Of a stretch of 64,000 bases of DNA, positions 42,265 through 53,149 are shown piece after piece. Under the pieces are notes generated by a model. It saw nothing but the letters and a program-made list of their open reading frames with translations. It searched no databases and was not told the DNA's origin. Made by a program: the position numbers and the translations under genes. The stretch spans positions 2,880,001-2,944,000 of the forward strand of contig OZ250169.1 of the NCBI GenBank assembly GCA_965237955.1. The letters run 5' to 3'. This DNA comes from Candidatus Marinacidobacterales bacterium. Lineage in GTDB: Bacteria > Acidobacteriota > Vicinamibacteria > Marinacidobacterales > SMYC01. Every line of letters starts with the position of its first letter. The stretch's first letter is position 1.

Positions 42265-42481
42265 CCATTCCAAAGGTTGGTGGTCTCCATCATTATTACA
42301 CTCGACGCGCTGCTTGAGTCCGATCTGCTCGGGACGGCTGCAGAACTTCGCACCAGCTTACACCTCTACCCCTGAGTAGAGCCGACGCCGGCTCTCAAAA
42401 CGTCCTACATGAAGATGACCAGAGCGTCCTGGTTACAGGCAGTTTGACAATCTCATGCAGCTCAAGTTTATGGAAGGGACA
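42265..42481 (+). mobile_element. Sister rve-element 3' end, second copy
   Basis: Inverted homolog of 1333-1549; IPKVGGLHHYYTRRAA*. Confidence 0.75.
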
Positions 42482-42548
42482 GCGGTCCGGGCCCTAGAGT
42501 CCAGTCCCGGACTCATAATGATGATGGACAACCCACCCTGGCCTCGAA

Positions 42549-42992
42549 TCAGGCCGCCGTCTCGGGGTCGGGCGCGCTCGCATCGACGAGCGCCCAGCTA
42601 ATGCAACGTTCCGCGTCATCAAGACAACTAGCCGCGCCGGAATCCTTAAGGAATGCTACTCCAGGCTTGACCAGACAGCAGGGAAACTCTAGAGCCAGAT
42701 CCGCCGGTAGTGTCGCCGCCAACCAGGCCAAGCCCTTCGTCACGCCCCCGCCCGTCCAGGCGGTCACGCAACGAACCAGGACGCGCCGCTCGGCTCCCTC
42801 GAGAAGCCAGCCCACCGCGCCGGTCCAGGTGTTCCTGATGCTGAGCGCGTAATAGGGGAATCCTGGCAATGGCACCGCCTTGCCACCGATGGCTACCTCG
42901 ACGGTAGAACGCAATGCGGCCAGCATCTCGAGTCGTACATCCGAGCGTGGCGTCTTCTCTGTGTGGCAGGTTGATAGGGTGTAGTGGAACAT
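42549..42992 (-). CDS. Hypothetical protein, paralog of 46464-46880
   Basis: Shared PRSDVR, PLPGF, SIRNTW.GAVGWL, VRCVTAWT, LDDAERCI.WAL. Confidence 0.65.
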   Translation of the reverse strand: MFHYTLSTCHTEKTPRSDVRLEMLAALRSTVEVAIGGKAVPLPGFPYYALSIRNTWTGAVGWLLEGAERRVLVRCVTAWTGGGVTKGLAWLAATLPADLALEFPCCLVKPGVAFLKDSGAASCLDDAERCISWALVDASAPDPETAA

Positions 42993-43037
42993 CACCTCAC
43001 CGCCGCTCATTCTGGGCCATCCTGGCCGGAGATCTGC

Positions 43038-43303
43038 TGCCTTGGTGCACAACTCCGATAGAGGCCGAGAACTCGCTTGGCCCCGACTCCCATCATCCGA
43101 TCATCTCGCTATCAGGCATCCCGAGCGCCGTCACCGTGTTGAGAATCTTGCACCCGATCCTTGCCTCGACTCTCTGTGCCGCCAGCCCTCTCGCTCGCAT
43201 TGCTGAGCCCACGATAGCCTTGTAAGCGATGGAACGTTGTCTCGACTTTGCTCCGTTTGCTGTAGCCCGATTCTGTGTGCCACTTTCGTTTGCCGAGCCG
43301 AGC
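43038..43303 (-). mobile_element. IS5/IS903-like variant, 3' remnant
   Basis: Matches 57584-57850. Confidence 0.8.
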
Positions 43304-43413
43304 TTCCCCGCTCTGGCCGAGGGTTTCGACTTAATCATCGGTAGAAGAAGGGTTCTATCCCCGCAGCGTTCGGGGGAAGAATCATATCCCCTGCCTCAGT
43401 TCTATGCCCTCCA

Positions 43414-44019
43414 TTACTTTGCGCGGTCTTCCGGGGATTGCGAATCGCCATCGTCGACCTCTGGCTCAGCAGCCTCTGGCTCAGCAACCTCTGGCTCAGC
43501 AACCTCTGGCTCGGCAGCCTCTGGCTCGGCAGCGTCCGGCTCAGCAGCGTCCGGCTCGGCAGCCTCTGGCTTAGCAGCCTCCGGCTCGGCAACCTCCGGC
43601 TCAGCAGCGTCCGGCTCGGCAGCCTCCGGCTCAGCAGCGTCCGGCTCGGCAGCGTCCGGCTCAGCAGCGTCCGGCTCAGCAGCGTCCGGCTCGGCAGCGT
43701 CCGGCTCGGCAGCCTCTGGCTCGGCAGCGTCCGGCTCGGCAGCCTCCGGCTCAGCAGCCTCCGGCTCAGCAGCGTCCGGCTCGGCAGCGTCCGGCTCAGC
43801 AGCGTCCGGCTCGGCAGCGTCCGGCTCGGCAGCGTCCGGCTCAGCAGCGTCCGGCTCAGCAGCGTCCGGCTTGGCAGCGTCCGGCTCAGCAGCCTCCGGC
43901 TCAGCAGCCTCCGGCTCAGCAAGAACAGCGGTGATTCGTGGAACTAGCTTATGCAGCAGCTTCTCCACCTGTGCCACCAACTCCGATGTCATCTCGGCAA
44001 TCGTTTTATTGTCTTTCAT
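43414..44019 (-). CDS. Acidic low-complexity repeat protein, (AEPD/EA) x31
   Basis: ATG with RBS-like GAGG; 33-aa unique N-terminus. Confidence 0.55.
   Translation of the reverse strand: MKDNKTIAEMTSELVAQVEKLLHKLVPRITAVLAEPEAAEPEAAEPDAAKPDAAEPDAAEPDAAEPDAAEPDAAEPDAAEPDAAEPEAAEPEAAEPDAAEPEAAEPDAAEPDAAEPDAAEPDAAEPDAAEPEAAEPDAAEPEVAEPEAAKPEAAEPDAAEPDAAEPEAAEPEVAEPEVAEPEAAEPEVDDGDSQSPEDRAK
43456..43920. repeat. 15-bp tandem repeat x31
   Basis: (GGCTCRGCAGCSTCY)n. Confidence 0.95.
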
Positions 44020-44235
44020 TGAAACCTCTCAAATTCCTGGCATTTCTCAAGCCCGTGGACACGTTGCATCGGTTTCCGGACCCAAGAATCTATCACACGA
44101 CAGCTTGATTTCGGTGCTTCTGCCATCAAGTGTTGCTTCAGTTGGCCTGCCTGTGCCGGCGAACGCGTCGTGTCCAAAAATACAAACGAACTCAAGATCG
44201 GCACGCCGGGACGTTTCGGAATAGATTGATGACAG

Positions 44236-44426
44236 CTAGTGGCCCCACTGGTAGTTGATGCGGGCGTAGTAGTACCCGCCACTTAAACCCCACGGCGTGA
44301 ACTGGCTGTAGGGGAGGCCGAACTCGGCAGCGAAAAGGTCCATCCTGTCCGAGAAAACGTCAAATATGTTTTGGCCACCGACCGCCAGCGTCACCTCGTT
44401 GGCGAGTGGGATGCTGGCCTCAAGGT
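44236..44426 (-). pseudogene. TonB-dependent receptor C-terminal fragment
   Basis: GGQNIFDV...GGYYYARINYQW. Confidence 0.65.
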
Positions 44427-45512
44427 GGCGTTGTTGCACGGCCCGGAGCAAATCGCTGACCTCCCTGTGCCGGTTGCAGAGTCACCCGGCGCAGTACGTA
44501 TCGGGCATCCCGAGCGCAGCCATCTTGTTGAGTATCTCGCACCCAATTCGGTGTTCAACTCGTTGCCTCGCCAACGTTCGAGCCCGCATCTCCGGCCCGA
44601 TGATCGCCTTGTAACGATAGACCGCGTTCTCCACCATGCTTCGCTTGGTGTAGCCTGAGAGCTTGTACCATTCACGTCGGCCGTGTCTTTCGATTGCACG
44701 AATATGGCGATCGCGCTCCTGCAATGGCGGTGTTCGAATTCTGACTGAGCGTCGCGTTTCGTTGCGGCGGAATCACCACGCGCGTCCTTCGTCCAGGACT
44801 GTGCGCTTCGATGGCTTCGTAGACCGCTTCCTTGTCGTATGCACTGTCCGCCGCCACCGACACTAGAGGTGCTTGAATCTGTGTTAGCAAAGCGGGGACT
44901 CGGGTTGCGTCGCGAGCTCGTGACGCCGTCAGTTCGGACGCAACAATGTTCCCTGTCTCGCGATCAACGGCGATGTGCAACTTGCGCCATGCGCGCTGCT
45001 TTGGCGGTTTGCGAGCGTTTCCAACATGAATCCTCAAGCCCGTGCTATCGATCACCAGGTGGATGGGTTGAGTGCTCGCGGCTTTCGGAATCCGCAGCTT
45101 CTTGCGGAGCAACCTCGAGCGCCGACACAACGTCGAGTAGTCCGGGATCTCGATACCGAGCCCGAGAAGCGAGGCGATCGAGTGCAAGAAGCCTTCGGTT
45201 TGTCGGTAGGCGAGCTTGTACACCATCCGGACAACCAGGCCCGTTTCAATCGCCATGTCTGAATAGACCCGTTGACCGCCAAGCTTACCGGTCTTGTCGG
45301 CCTTCCAGTTCGCGATTGCCTCCTCGTCAAACCAGACTGTCAAATCGCCCCGGCGGCGCAGCCCTTCGTTGTATTCCGCCCAGTTGCGAACGTGGTACTT
45401 CTTCTGCTTCGCGTGCTTGTACTGGCAGCGCTTGGGATACTTCATGCTCGAACATACCTCGGCCACCACCATAGGCGGATTTCGCTCTCAGCCAGAGCGG
45501 TGCAACAACGCC
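44427..45512 (-). mobile_element. IS5 (IS903 group) copy, transposase frameshifted near 44724
   Basis: Same IRs; GCAATGG here versus GCATGG in other copies. Confidence 0.9.
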
Positions 45513-45657
45513 GATGAAAGTCGTCGAGCATCGAACACTGCACCCGTATCCCGAACAGCGACTGCGCGTCATGACCTGAGGTAGGAGCCCAGTGCGTTAG
45601 CAGCGCTCGCTGGGATCTGTGCGGGGGGCCGCCCGTGAGGGCGGTCCCTACCGCGAA
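45513..45657 (+). mobile_element. Group II intron 3' remnant (end of intron-encoded ORF, domains V and VI)
   Basis: ..LHPYPEQRLRVMT* then GAGCCCAGTGCG...GCTGGGATCTGTGCGGGGGG...CCCTACCGCGA. Confidence 0.8.
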
Positions 45658-46035
45658 GATTGAGGGTGCACTGCATGCAGGCTTCTGATCAGGCTCCATC
45701 GTTGTCCTCTTGGTCGTGACTCGGCCAATGGCGCTCCGCGATAGGGGCGGAGCAGGGCATGCCACCACAACAGCCCGAGCGACTGGCTGTCGCGCGAGGT
45801 GTGTCCCTTCAGAAAATGAGACAGACCCTCTCCGCAAACGCGACCAGAGTCTTCGCATTCGATGGCATCGATGCGGCCTTCGAGATCAAACCGTCGTGAC
45901 CTTCGGCGAGCCTGCGGCAGAGGAGTCGCCGTCGCCTACATGCAGCTTCTGCCATGGTCGCCGCGGTTATTGTCAAGTTAAGCAGAATCGGCTGACCGAC
46001 AATTTCGTTCGCCAACATACGCAGGCCAACTGACA

Positions 46036-46168
46036 CTAGTCCCCTGTAGCAGAAACAACTAGACAAAGCAGAGCTTGCCGAAACCATTCTAAGTGCATGA
46101 CTCTTATGAATCTTATGGGCTGGCTAAAAGTCTAACTTTGTATAGTAATCAAAGACCCAGGGGACTAG
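46036..46168. mobile_element. MITE with CTAGTCCCCTG ends
   Basis: Same termini as 33936-34101. Confidence 0.65.
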
Positions 46169-46199
46169 CATTCAAATGCCTCTAGCGGTGTAACACTAC

Positions 46200-46880
46200 T
46201 TGATGGCAGAAGCACCTTCTCGGAGGGTATACTTCGCCTCAAGAATGTTCTACCGATCTCCGGATGCATATCGGCGATTTGCCCGGGAAGCTATACGTAA
46301 AAAGCGAGCAAAGGATCGGGCAAAGGCGAGCACTGGGAAGCCGACGAAAACCAAAGCATTGCAGGTTGCGGAGCCCCCACCAATCCGACCGGAGGTGCTA
46401 ACGGGCGAGGGAGATGTTGGCGAACGGGTTGCTACCCTTGGGCGTTGTTTCGCCGACGGGGTGATGCACCACTACCACCTATCGACGGGCCACATGGCCC
46501 AGATGCCACGCTCGGATGTTCGCCCTGAGACGCTGGCCGCGTTGCGGCCCATTATCAAGGTGGCCACCAGCGGCCATGTGGTGCCGTTGCCCGGATTCAC
46601 CGAATACTTTCTAAGCATCAGGAACACCTGGATCGGCGCGGTGGGCTGGCTCATTGAGGGAACCGAGCGCCGAGTCATGGTTCGTTGCGTGACGGCCTGG
46701 ACGGTCGGGGGCGCAGCGAAGGGCGTGCGCTGGTTGGCGGCGGAGCTACCGGCGGAGCTGGACTTGCCCTGTTGTCTGGTCAGGCTTGGAGTACCACTGC
46801 TTGAGGACCCCGTAGCGGCAAGTTTGCTTGATGATGCTGAGCGGTGCATTGGCTGGGCGTTGCTACCCACCGCGCCCTAG
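46200..46880 (+). CDS. Hypothetical protein, start uncertain
   Basis: C-terminal ~138 aa paralogous to 42549-42992. Confidence 0.6.
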   Translation: MMAEAPSRRVYFASRMFYRSPDAYRRFAREAIRKKRAKDRAKASTGKPTKTKALQVAEPPPIRPEVLTGEGDVGERVATLGRCFADGVMHHYHLSTGHMAQMPRSDVRPETLAALRPIIKVATSGHVVPLPGFTEYFLSIRNTWIGAVGWLIEGTERRVMVRCVTAWTVGGAAKGVRWLAAELPAELDLPCCLVRLGVPLLEDPVAASLLDDAERCIGWALLPTAP

Positions 46881-46981
46881 CCTTTTTACCGGCATTGTCA
46901 AGTTGAGGCTGACGGCCGTTTCTGATGCGCAGCATGGTGGGTTCACCACGGGCTTGAGCCTAGTATCTTGGGGGTCGGTCT

Positions 46982-47060
46982 TTCGCGGTAGGGACCGCCC
47001 TTACGGGCGGCCCCCCGCACAGATCCCAGCGAGCGCTGCTAACGCACTGGGCTCCTACCT
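46982..47060 (-). mobile_element. Group II intron domain V-VI remnant, inverted copy
   Basis: Reverse complement of 45579-45657. Confidence 0.8.
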
Positions 47061-48623
47061 TGTTTCGGTTCAGCTGGAACATGACAGTCCTGAAGTTAAA
47101 ATACGCACAGGAAAAAGGAGCTGTCATGAGCAAAGGTCGTCGTCGTCACACTGCGGAGCAAAAGGCAGAGCTGTTGCGCCAGCACGTTGCCGAGAAAAAG
47201 CCGGTCTCGGAGGTATGCAACGAGGCAGAAATCCAGCCGAGCCTGTTCTACACATGGCAAAGGGAGCTATTGGCTGGAGCCCATACGGTGTTTTCGTTCC
47301 GTCGTGCGCCGAGCCGTGAGAAGGAGCTAGAGGAGAAGCTCTCCCGTCTCGAGGCGAAGGTGGCCCGTAAGGATCAGATCATCGCTGAGGTGACCGAAGA
47401 GTACGTGACACTCAAAAAAACTTGGGGAAGCCTGAGTGGTGCCTGGATTCCCCATGACCGTCGTGACGAGGTTGTCGACTTCGTGAACACAATCGCCACC
47501 AAGACCCAGCTTCCGGTCCAGCAGATCGTTCAGTGGTGCGGGATCGCTCGGGGCAAGTTCTACGACTGGCGCAAGCGGTACGGGAAGGTGAATGAGCACA
47601 ACGGCCTGGTGCCGCGGGATCACTGGATCGAAGAATGGGAGCGCCAGTCCGTGATCGACTACTTCGACTGCCACCCACTGGACGGGTATCGCCGACTCAC
47701 GTTCATGATGCTGGACGAAGACGTGGTGGCAGTTAGCCCCTCGACGACGTACCGGGTGTTGTCGAAGGCGGGTCGTCTGGACCGTTGGAACCCGAAGCCG
47801 TCGAAGAAGGGAACGGGCTTCGTTCAGCCGCTGCGAGCGCACCAGCACTGGCACACGGATATCTCGTACTTGAACCTGGGTGGGACGTTCTACTACCTCT
47901 GCTCGTTTCTGGATGGTGCGAGCCGCGCGGTGGTTCACTGGGAGATTCGTGAGTCGATGACGGAAGCGGATGTGGAGTGCATCTTGGAGCGAGCAAAGGA
48001 GCGGTACCCCGATGCGCGGCCTCGAATCATCTCGGACAACGGTCCGCAGTACATCGCGAAGGACTTCAAGGCATTCATCCGCATCTCAGGGATGACGCAC
48101 GTGAGGACCGCGCCGTACTACCCGCAATCGAACGGGAAGATCGAGCGTTGGCACAAGACGATAAAATCGGACGCCCTGCGTCCTGCCAGCCCCAACGAGC
48201 CTCGAAGAGGCTCGCCGCTTGATGGAACGATTCGTCGAATATTACAACGGGGTTCGCCTGCACAGCGCGATCGGCTACATTGCGCCGCTGGACTTCATGG
48301 ATGGCAAGGCCACCCAGATCTGGTCGGAGCGAGACCGCAAACTCGAGCAGGCTCGGAAGCTGCGGCGTGAGCGCCGTGCGAACAAGGTGCCCGCATGAAC
48401 ACTCTGATCCCAGGAGCCCCACTCCGTTCCCTCTCGCCCACAAGCATTGAGTACCAGAGAGCGCAGGGGGCGTCAAGGGCGGCGAAGCCGGCGCGCGCAG
48501 CGCGCTTTACCCTTGACGCCCCCGAGCACTCTGGTACGATCCCTGGGGCGATAGGGGACATCCTGCCGCCGGGCGTTGCGTTAACGTCCAACCTCGCTGT
48601 CATCTTCACGCTGAACCAATACA
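47061..48623 (+). mobile_element. IS3-family element, transposase about 47126-48398 with a late frameshift
   Basis: IRs TGTTTCGGTTCAGC / GCTGAACCAATACA; WHTDISY, ISDNGPQY, NGKIERWH. Confidence 0.88.
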
Positions 48624-49657
48624 GTACGATGGCAGCAAGAACCGGAGTCCAGGCCGACCTCCGACGGCGAAGGACATCCGTGAGCTCATTGTGCGCGTGG
48701 CGCGGGAGAACCCGACGTGGGGATATACGCGCCTGCGAGGCGCACTCAAGAACCTAGGACATGAACTCGGACGCAACACTATCAAGAGGATCCTCGCCGA
48801 GCACGGTATCGCGCCTGCCCCGGAGCGGGGCAGGAGCATGTCGTGGAGCACCTTCATCAAGGCTCATTGGGGCGCCATCGCTGCGGCAGACCTGTTCACC
48901 GTCGAGGTTGTGAACCCGTTCGGGCTCGTCCGCTACCATGTCCTGTTTGTCATCGATATCGCCACTCGCTGCGTGTGCATCGGTGGGATAACGTCGGACC
49001 CCAACGGGGAGTGGATGAAGCAGGTGGCAAGAAACCTCACTGACATGTGGGATGGTTTCCTCCTTGGCAAGCGATACCTCATCCACGACCGGGACCCGCT
49101 ATTCACCGAGGCGGTACGTGGTCTGTTGAGAGATTCAGGCGTGAAGCCCCTTCGCCTTCCCGCTAATAGTCCGAATCTGAACGCATATGCGGAAAGATTC
49201 GTTCTCTCCATACGTCGAGAGTGTCTCGACCGCTTCGTACCTCTCAGTGAGCGACACCTGCGCACAGCGGTAACCGAATACGTAGTGCACTATCACACAG
49301 AACGGAACCACCAAGGTCTCGGCAACGAGCTCCTCACACCTCTGCCGGCAAGCGCGAATGACGCTGGCCCCATCGTGTCGCGAGAGCGACTTGGGGGCAT
49401 TCTCAACTACTACTGCCGTGCCGCGTAGATGGTCGCCGGCGACGGTAGCCCCTCGGCGGGATCGACCGGCGTAGCGTGGAAACCGCTTCAGGAACACGCT
49501 TCGATATTCGCTCTCGACTAGGAGGTCATCTGCATGGTGACGACCCGCCCGCCCAAGACGATTGTAAAGCCCACGGCCCTTGGCCCGGTCGCAAACACAG
49601 ACACTAAGTTGCTGATTTATGGCCTATTTCAAAAGGGCCGAGTTTTGGCACAGGACG
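48624..49657 (+). mobile_element. rve-integrase element, 3' two-thirds (integrase remnant to 49428)
   Basis: Matches the reverse complement of 60180-61214. Confidence 0.9.
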
Positions 49658-49768
49658 GGGTGGAGTTTCGAGTACCTGGGCTATTGCCGATACGGCTCAC
49701 AAGTGGCGGTCCGGATTGGTCCGATGGAAAGCTCGAAGACAGGTTGAGCATGAGCGTGTGGGGCAGCC

Positions 49769-50563
49769 GTGCCGGCTGAGCCGCTGGTGCTCGTCGCCAG
49801 TGCCTCCCTCAAGCCCGGCGAGGTGAGCGAGCTTCGAAAGCTCGCTCAGAGTGGAGCCCGAATCGTCGCCTGGCAACACCCGTCCATCGTTCAGGAGCGT
49901 TTCCGAAGTCCGGATGTGGCAGGCTATCTGACTGGCCAAGGTATCTCTAGCACGCCGCTCGAGGCGGCTCTGGGCGAATCCGCCGGCGCAGAGATCGACG
50001 ATGCGGTCATTGCCTGGCTCAAAGAGTTTGGCCGCAAGCCTCTCGGCCCCGCAGGAAGCTTTCGAGATCAGTTTCGGCACCAAGGTCTCGCTCTCTGGTG
50101 GTGGGCGGAGCTGTTTTTATATCACGACACACCTTTGCGACTATTTGTGCGCGACATCGAGGCCTTGTCGCGTTTGATCGACCAGGAGAGGCCCTCGCGC
50201 CTGTTCATCTTCGGGACGGCCCGAGTACTGGCGGCTGCAGCTCGCCGGCGGTTAACCCACGTTGAGCTGCGCGGTCGTTTCAACAGCCTGCCATCCAACT
50301 TTCTCAGAACGTCGATACGATTCAAGATCGCGCAGCTCAAGATGCTGGGAACGGGCCTCAAGAACGTCTTCGCGCGAAAGCGGAAGCAGGCGGAGGCGAG
50401 CTCGAGCGGTCGACGGATCTTGTTCCTCACGCATGCCTCCATGTGGCGGCAACGGGAGAACGAAGAGACGGGAGCTACCGAGCTTGTCGATATGTACTTC
50501 GACCAGCTGCCGTTGCGGCTCGCGGCCGGCGGTGATGCCGTGGGGATGGTGGCCTTCGGTCCC
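49769..50563 (+). pseudogene. Hypothetical protein N-terminal fragment, cut by a CGTCC end
   Basis: Long coding-like ORF that reads into the TIR. Confidence 0.55.
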
Positions 50564-50881
50564 CGTCCTGTGCCAAAACTCGGCCCTCTTGAAATAGCCG
50601 ATAAATCAGCAGCTTAGCGTCTGTGTTTTGCGACGGTGCCAAGGGCTGTGGGCTTTACAATCGTCTGGCTCGAGGGTGTTATCTTCGGATCCATCATGAC
50701 GTACCATGTGCAAATCCTACTGTTGGTCAGGCAGCCGTTGTTCGATCGGGCAGCCCTTGCTGCTCACACAGACCTCATGGGTGCTTCCGCCATTAAGTGT
50801 TGGTAACATGACGCTAAGACTTTACGGTGCATTAAATTACAGCCATGGTCTTTCAAAAGGGCCGAGTTTTGGCACAGGACG
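50564..50881. mobile_element. 318-bp non-autonomous derivative with both CGTCC ends
   Basis: Standard 5' TIR plus a variant end also present at 63168-63330. Confidence 0.8.
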
Positions 50882-51474
50882 GGATCGGGGAAAAGGAGGA
50901 AGGGGAGACAATCGAAGTGCGCTCCTACAGCAACTGCGATCGCGTCGAGCTCTTTCTCAACGGCGAGACCTACGGCGTTCGGGAGATGGTGCCCACCTCG
51001 CACGCGAAGTGGGACGTGAAATGGAAACCGGGAGTCCTCCTCGCCAAGTGCTACAAGGGAGATGAAGTCGTAGCCACGAAGAAAGTCGAGACAACCGGGA
51101 ACCCGGCGTCGGTAGTGCTTCTGCCCGACAGGACAACGATAAACGCTGACGGCGAGGACGTCTCGCTGGTCGCCGTGAAGATCGTTGACTCTGAAGGCAG
51201 AACCGTACCCACTGCGGACAACGAGGTAACATTCGAGATCAACGGACCCGGCGAGATCCTCGGCGTTGGCAACGGCAACCCGGGCAGCCTCGAACCGGAC
51301 AAAGCAAGCAAGCGCAAAGCGTTCAACGGCTTGTGCATGGCGCTGGTCCAATCCAAAACAGAGCTCGGCTCGATCAAGCTGACAGCCATATCGCCGGGTC
51401 TCGAGACTGCAGTCGCAGAGATTGAGGCAAGGAAATCCCTCATTCGTCCACGAGTGGCAGTAGTTGAGGAGTGA
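50882..51474 (+). pseudogene. GH2 beta-galactosidase C-terminal fragment
   Basis: YSNCDRVELFLNG, ADGEDVS, GVGNGNP, AFNGLC. Confidence 0.8.
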
Positions 51475-51478
51475 ACCA

Positions 51479-52060
51479 ACCTCATCCACGACCGGGACCC
51501 TCTATTCACCGAGGCGGTACGTGGGCTGTTGAGAGATTCAGGCGTGAAGCCCCTTCGCCTTCCCGCTAATAGTCCGAATCTGAACGCATATGCGGGAAGA
51601 TTCGTTCTCTCCATACGTCGAGAGTGTCTCGACCGCTTCGTACCTCTCAGTGAGCGACACCTGCGCACAGCGGTAACCGAATACGTAGTGCACTATCACA
51701 CAGAACGGAACCACCAAGGTCTCGGCAACGAGCTCCTCACGCCTCTGCCGGCAAGCGCGAATGACGCTGGCCCCATCGTGTCGCGAGAGCGACTTGGGGG
51801 CATTCTCAACTACTACTGCCGTGCCGCGTAGATTGTCGCCGGCGACGGTAGCCCCTCGGCGGGCTCGACCGGCGTAGCGTGGAAACCGCTTCAGGAACAC
51901 GCTTCGATATTCGCTCTCGACTAGGTGGTCATCTGCATGGTGACGACCCGCCTGCCCAAGACGATTGTAAAGCCCACGGCCCTTGGCCCGGTCGCAAACA
52001 CAGACACTAAGTTGCTGATTTATGGTCTATTTCAAAAGGGCCGAGTTTTGGCACAGGACG
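51479..52060 (+). mobile_element. rve-integrase element 3' third
   Basis: IHDRDPLF...YYCRAA* plus TIR. Confidence 0.9.
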
Positions 52061-52191
52061 GGGACCGAAAGGCCCGAGTAAGTTGACGGCGCAGTTGGAG
52101 AGGCAGATTCGTGAGCTAGCAGTACAGGGACTGTCTTGTCGCACGATCGCGAAACGGCTGTGTCGTGGGAAGCGCATAGAATCCTCGATCA

Positions 52192-52270
52192 TGAGGATGC
52201 CGATGCAGCCCTTGACATGGTTGGTGGTCGCCATCGCTGGTTGGATCCAGCGTGACCAACAGGCCGCTTT
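52192..52270 (+). pseudogene. N-terminus of another rve-integrase homolog
   Basis: LVVAIAGWIQRDQQ resembles [13 protein letters not shown]. Confidence 0.5.
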
Positions 52271-52321
52271 AGCGTCATCTCACCAACACTTGATGGCGGA
52301 AGCACCACACGACCTGGCACC

Positions 52322-52843
52322 TTATTTCTTGCGTCCTACTAGAAGAGTATTCGGGGGTTCCCGCCAGGCACATTCAGCATTAAATCCGGCTTCGCGCATG
52401 GCGGTAAGCTCGTCGTCGAGCGGGAAGTAGGTGTCTTCGGACGTCCACTCGTCGAAGTGCTCATAAGCGCGCCGTTCGTCGATGCCGCACGAAACCAAGT
52501 GGCCAGCCCATATGCGGTAGCACTGCTCCTGCCTCACCGGGTGTGCGCTCATGGTCACGTCGGCATTCACGAACACCCCGCCAGGGCGAAGCGCCCGGAA
52601 AATGCCCTTGTACAGTGCACGCTTGCGTTCCATCGTGGGAACGTGGTGCAGGGCCAGGCAAGCGGACACGGCGTCACATTCCGGGAGCGGAGATTCGAAG
52701 GAACACTTCTGGAAACGCGCACGGGCTCCGAATCGCTTGAGTCGGATACGTGCCCGGTCCAGCATCTCCGCATCCACGTCGATGGCCTCGACGACGCCCA
52801 CGCCTTCATGTTCCAGCATCGTCTCTGCCAGAGCCCCCGTTCC
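52322..52843 (-). pseudogene. Class I SAM methyltransferase, 5'-truncated
   Basis: Half of motif I (GTG), IDVDAEML, LALHH, LRPGGVFVNAD. Confidence 0.8.
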
Positions 52844-52929
52844 CGTCCTGTGCCAAAACTCAGCCCTTTTGAAATAGACCATAAATCAGCAGCTTAGCGA
52901 CTGGGCCAAGGGCCCTTAGGCTCTACAGT

Positions 52930-53149
52930 TACCCAAAACCCGCGGTCGACGTTCGAGAGCCGCGGCCGTTTCACCGAACGGCGGAGGACGGCGAGCTGCT
53001 GCCGAAGAGCGACATTGTCGAGAGCCAGCTCGCGACGAGCCTTGAAGGCGGAGATGAGAGCGCGAACAAACGACGAAATCAAGCAGGCATGGTGCCGGCA
53101 GACCGGAGACTAATCAAGTTTGGGGCGCCCGGATGAATAAATAGAAGGC
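52930..53149 (-). mobile_element. 5' end of an ENLALRQQ-type integrase element
   Basis: LALDNVALRQQL..DRGFWV; terminus TGTGCCTTCTATTTATTCATCCG also at 1293 and 39110. Confidence 0.7.

Noticed and set aside
43229-44224. Ser-rich adhesin-like ORF (SGSAA)n
   Set aside because: Begins inside an IS remnant; best explained as the antisense frame of the minisatellite
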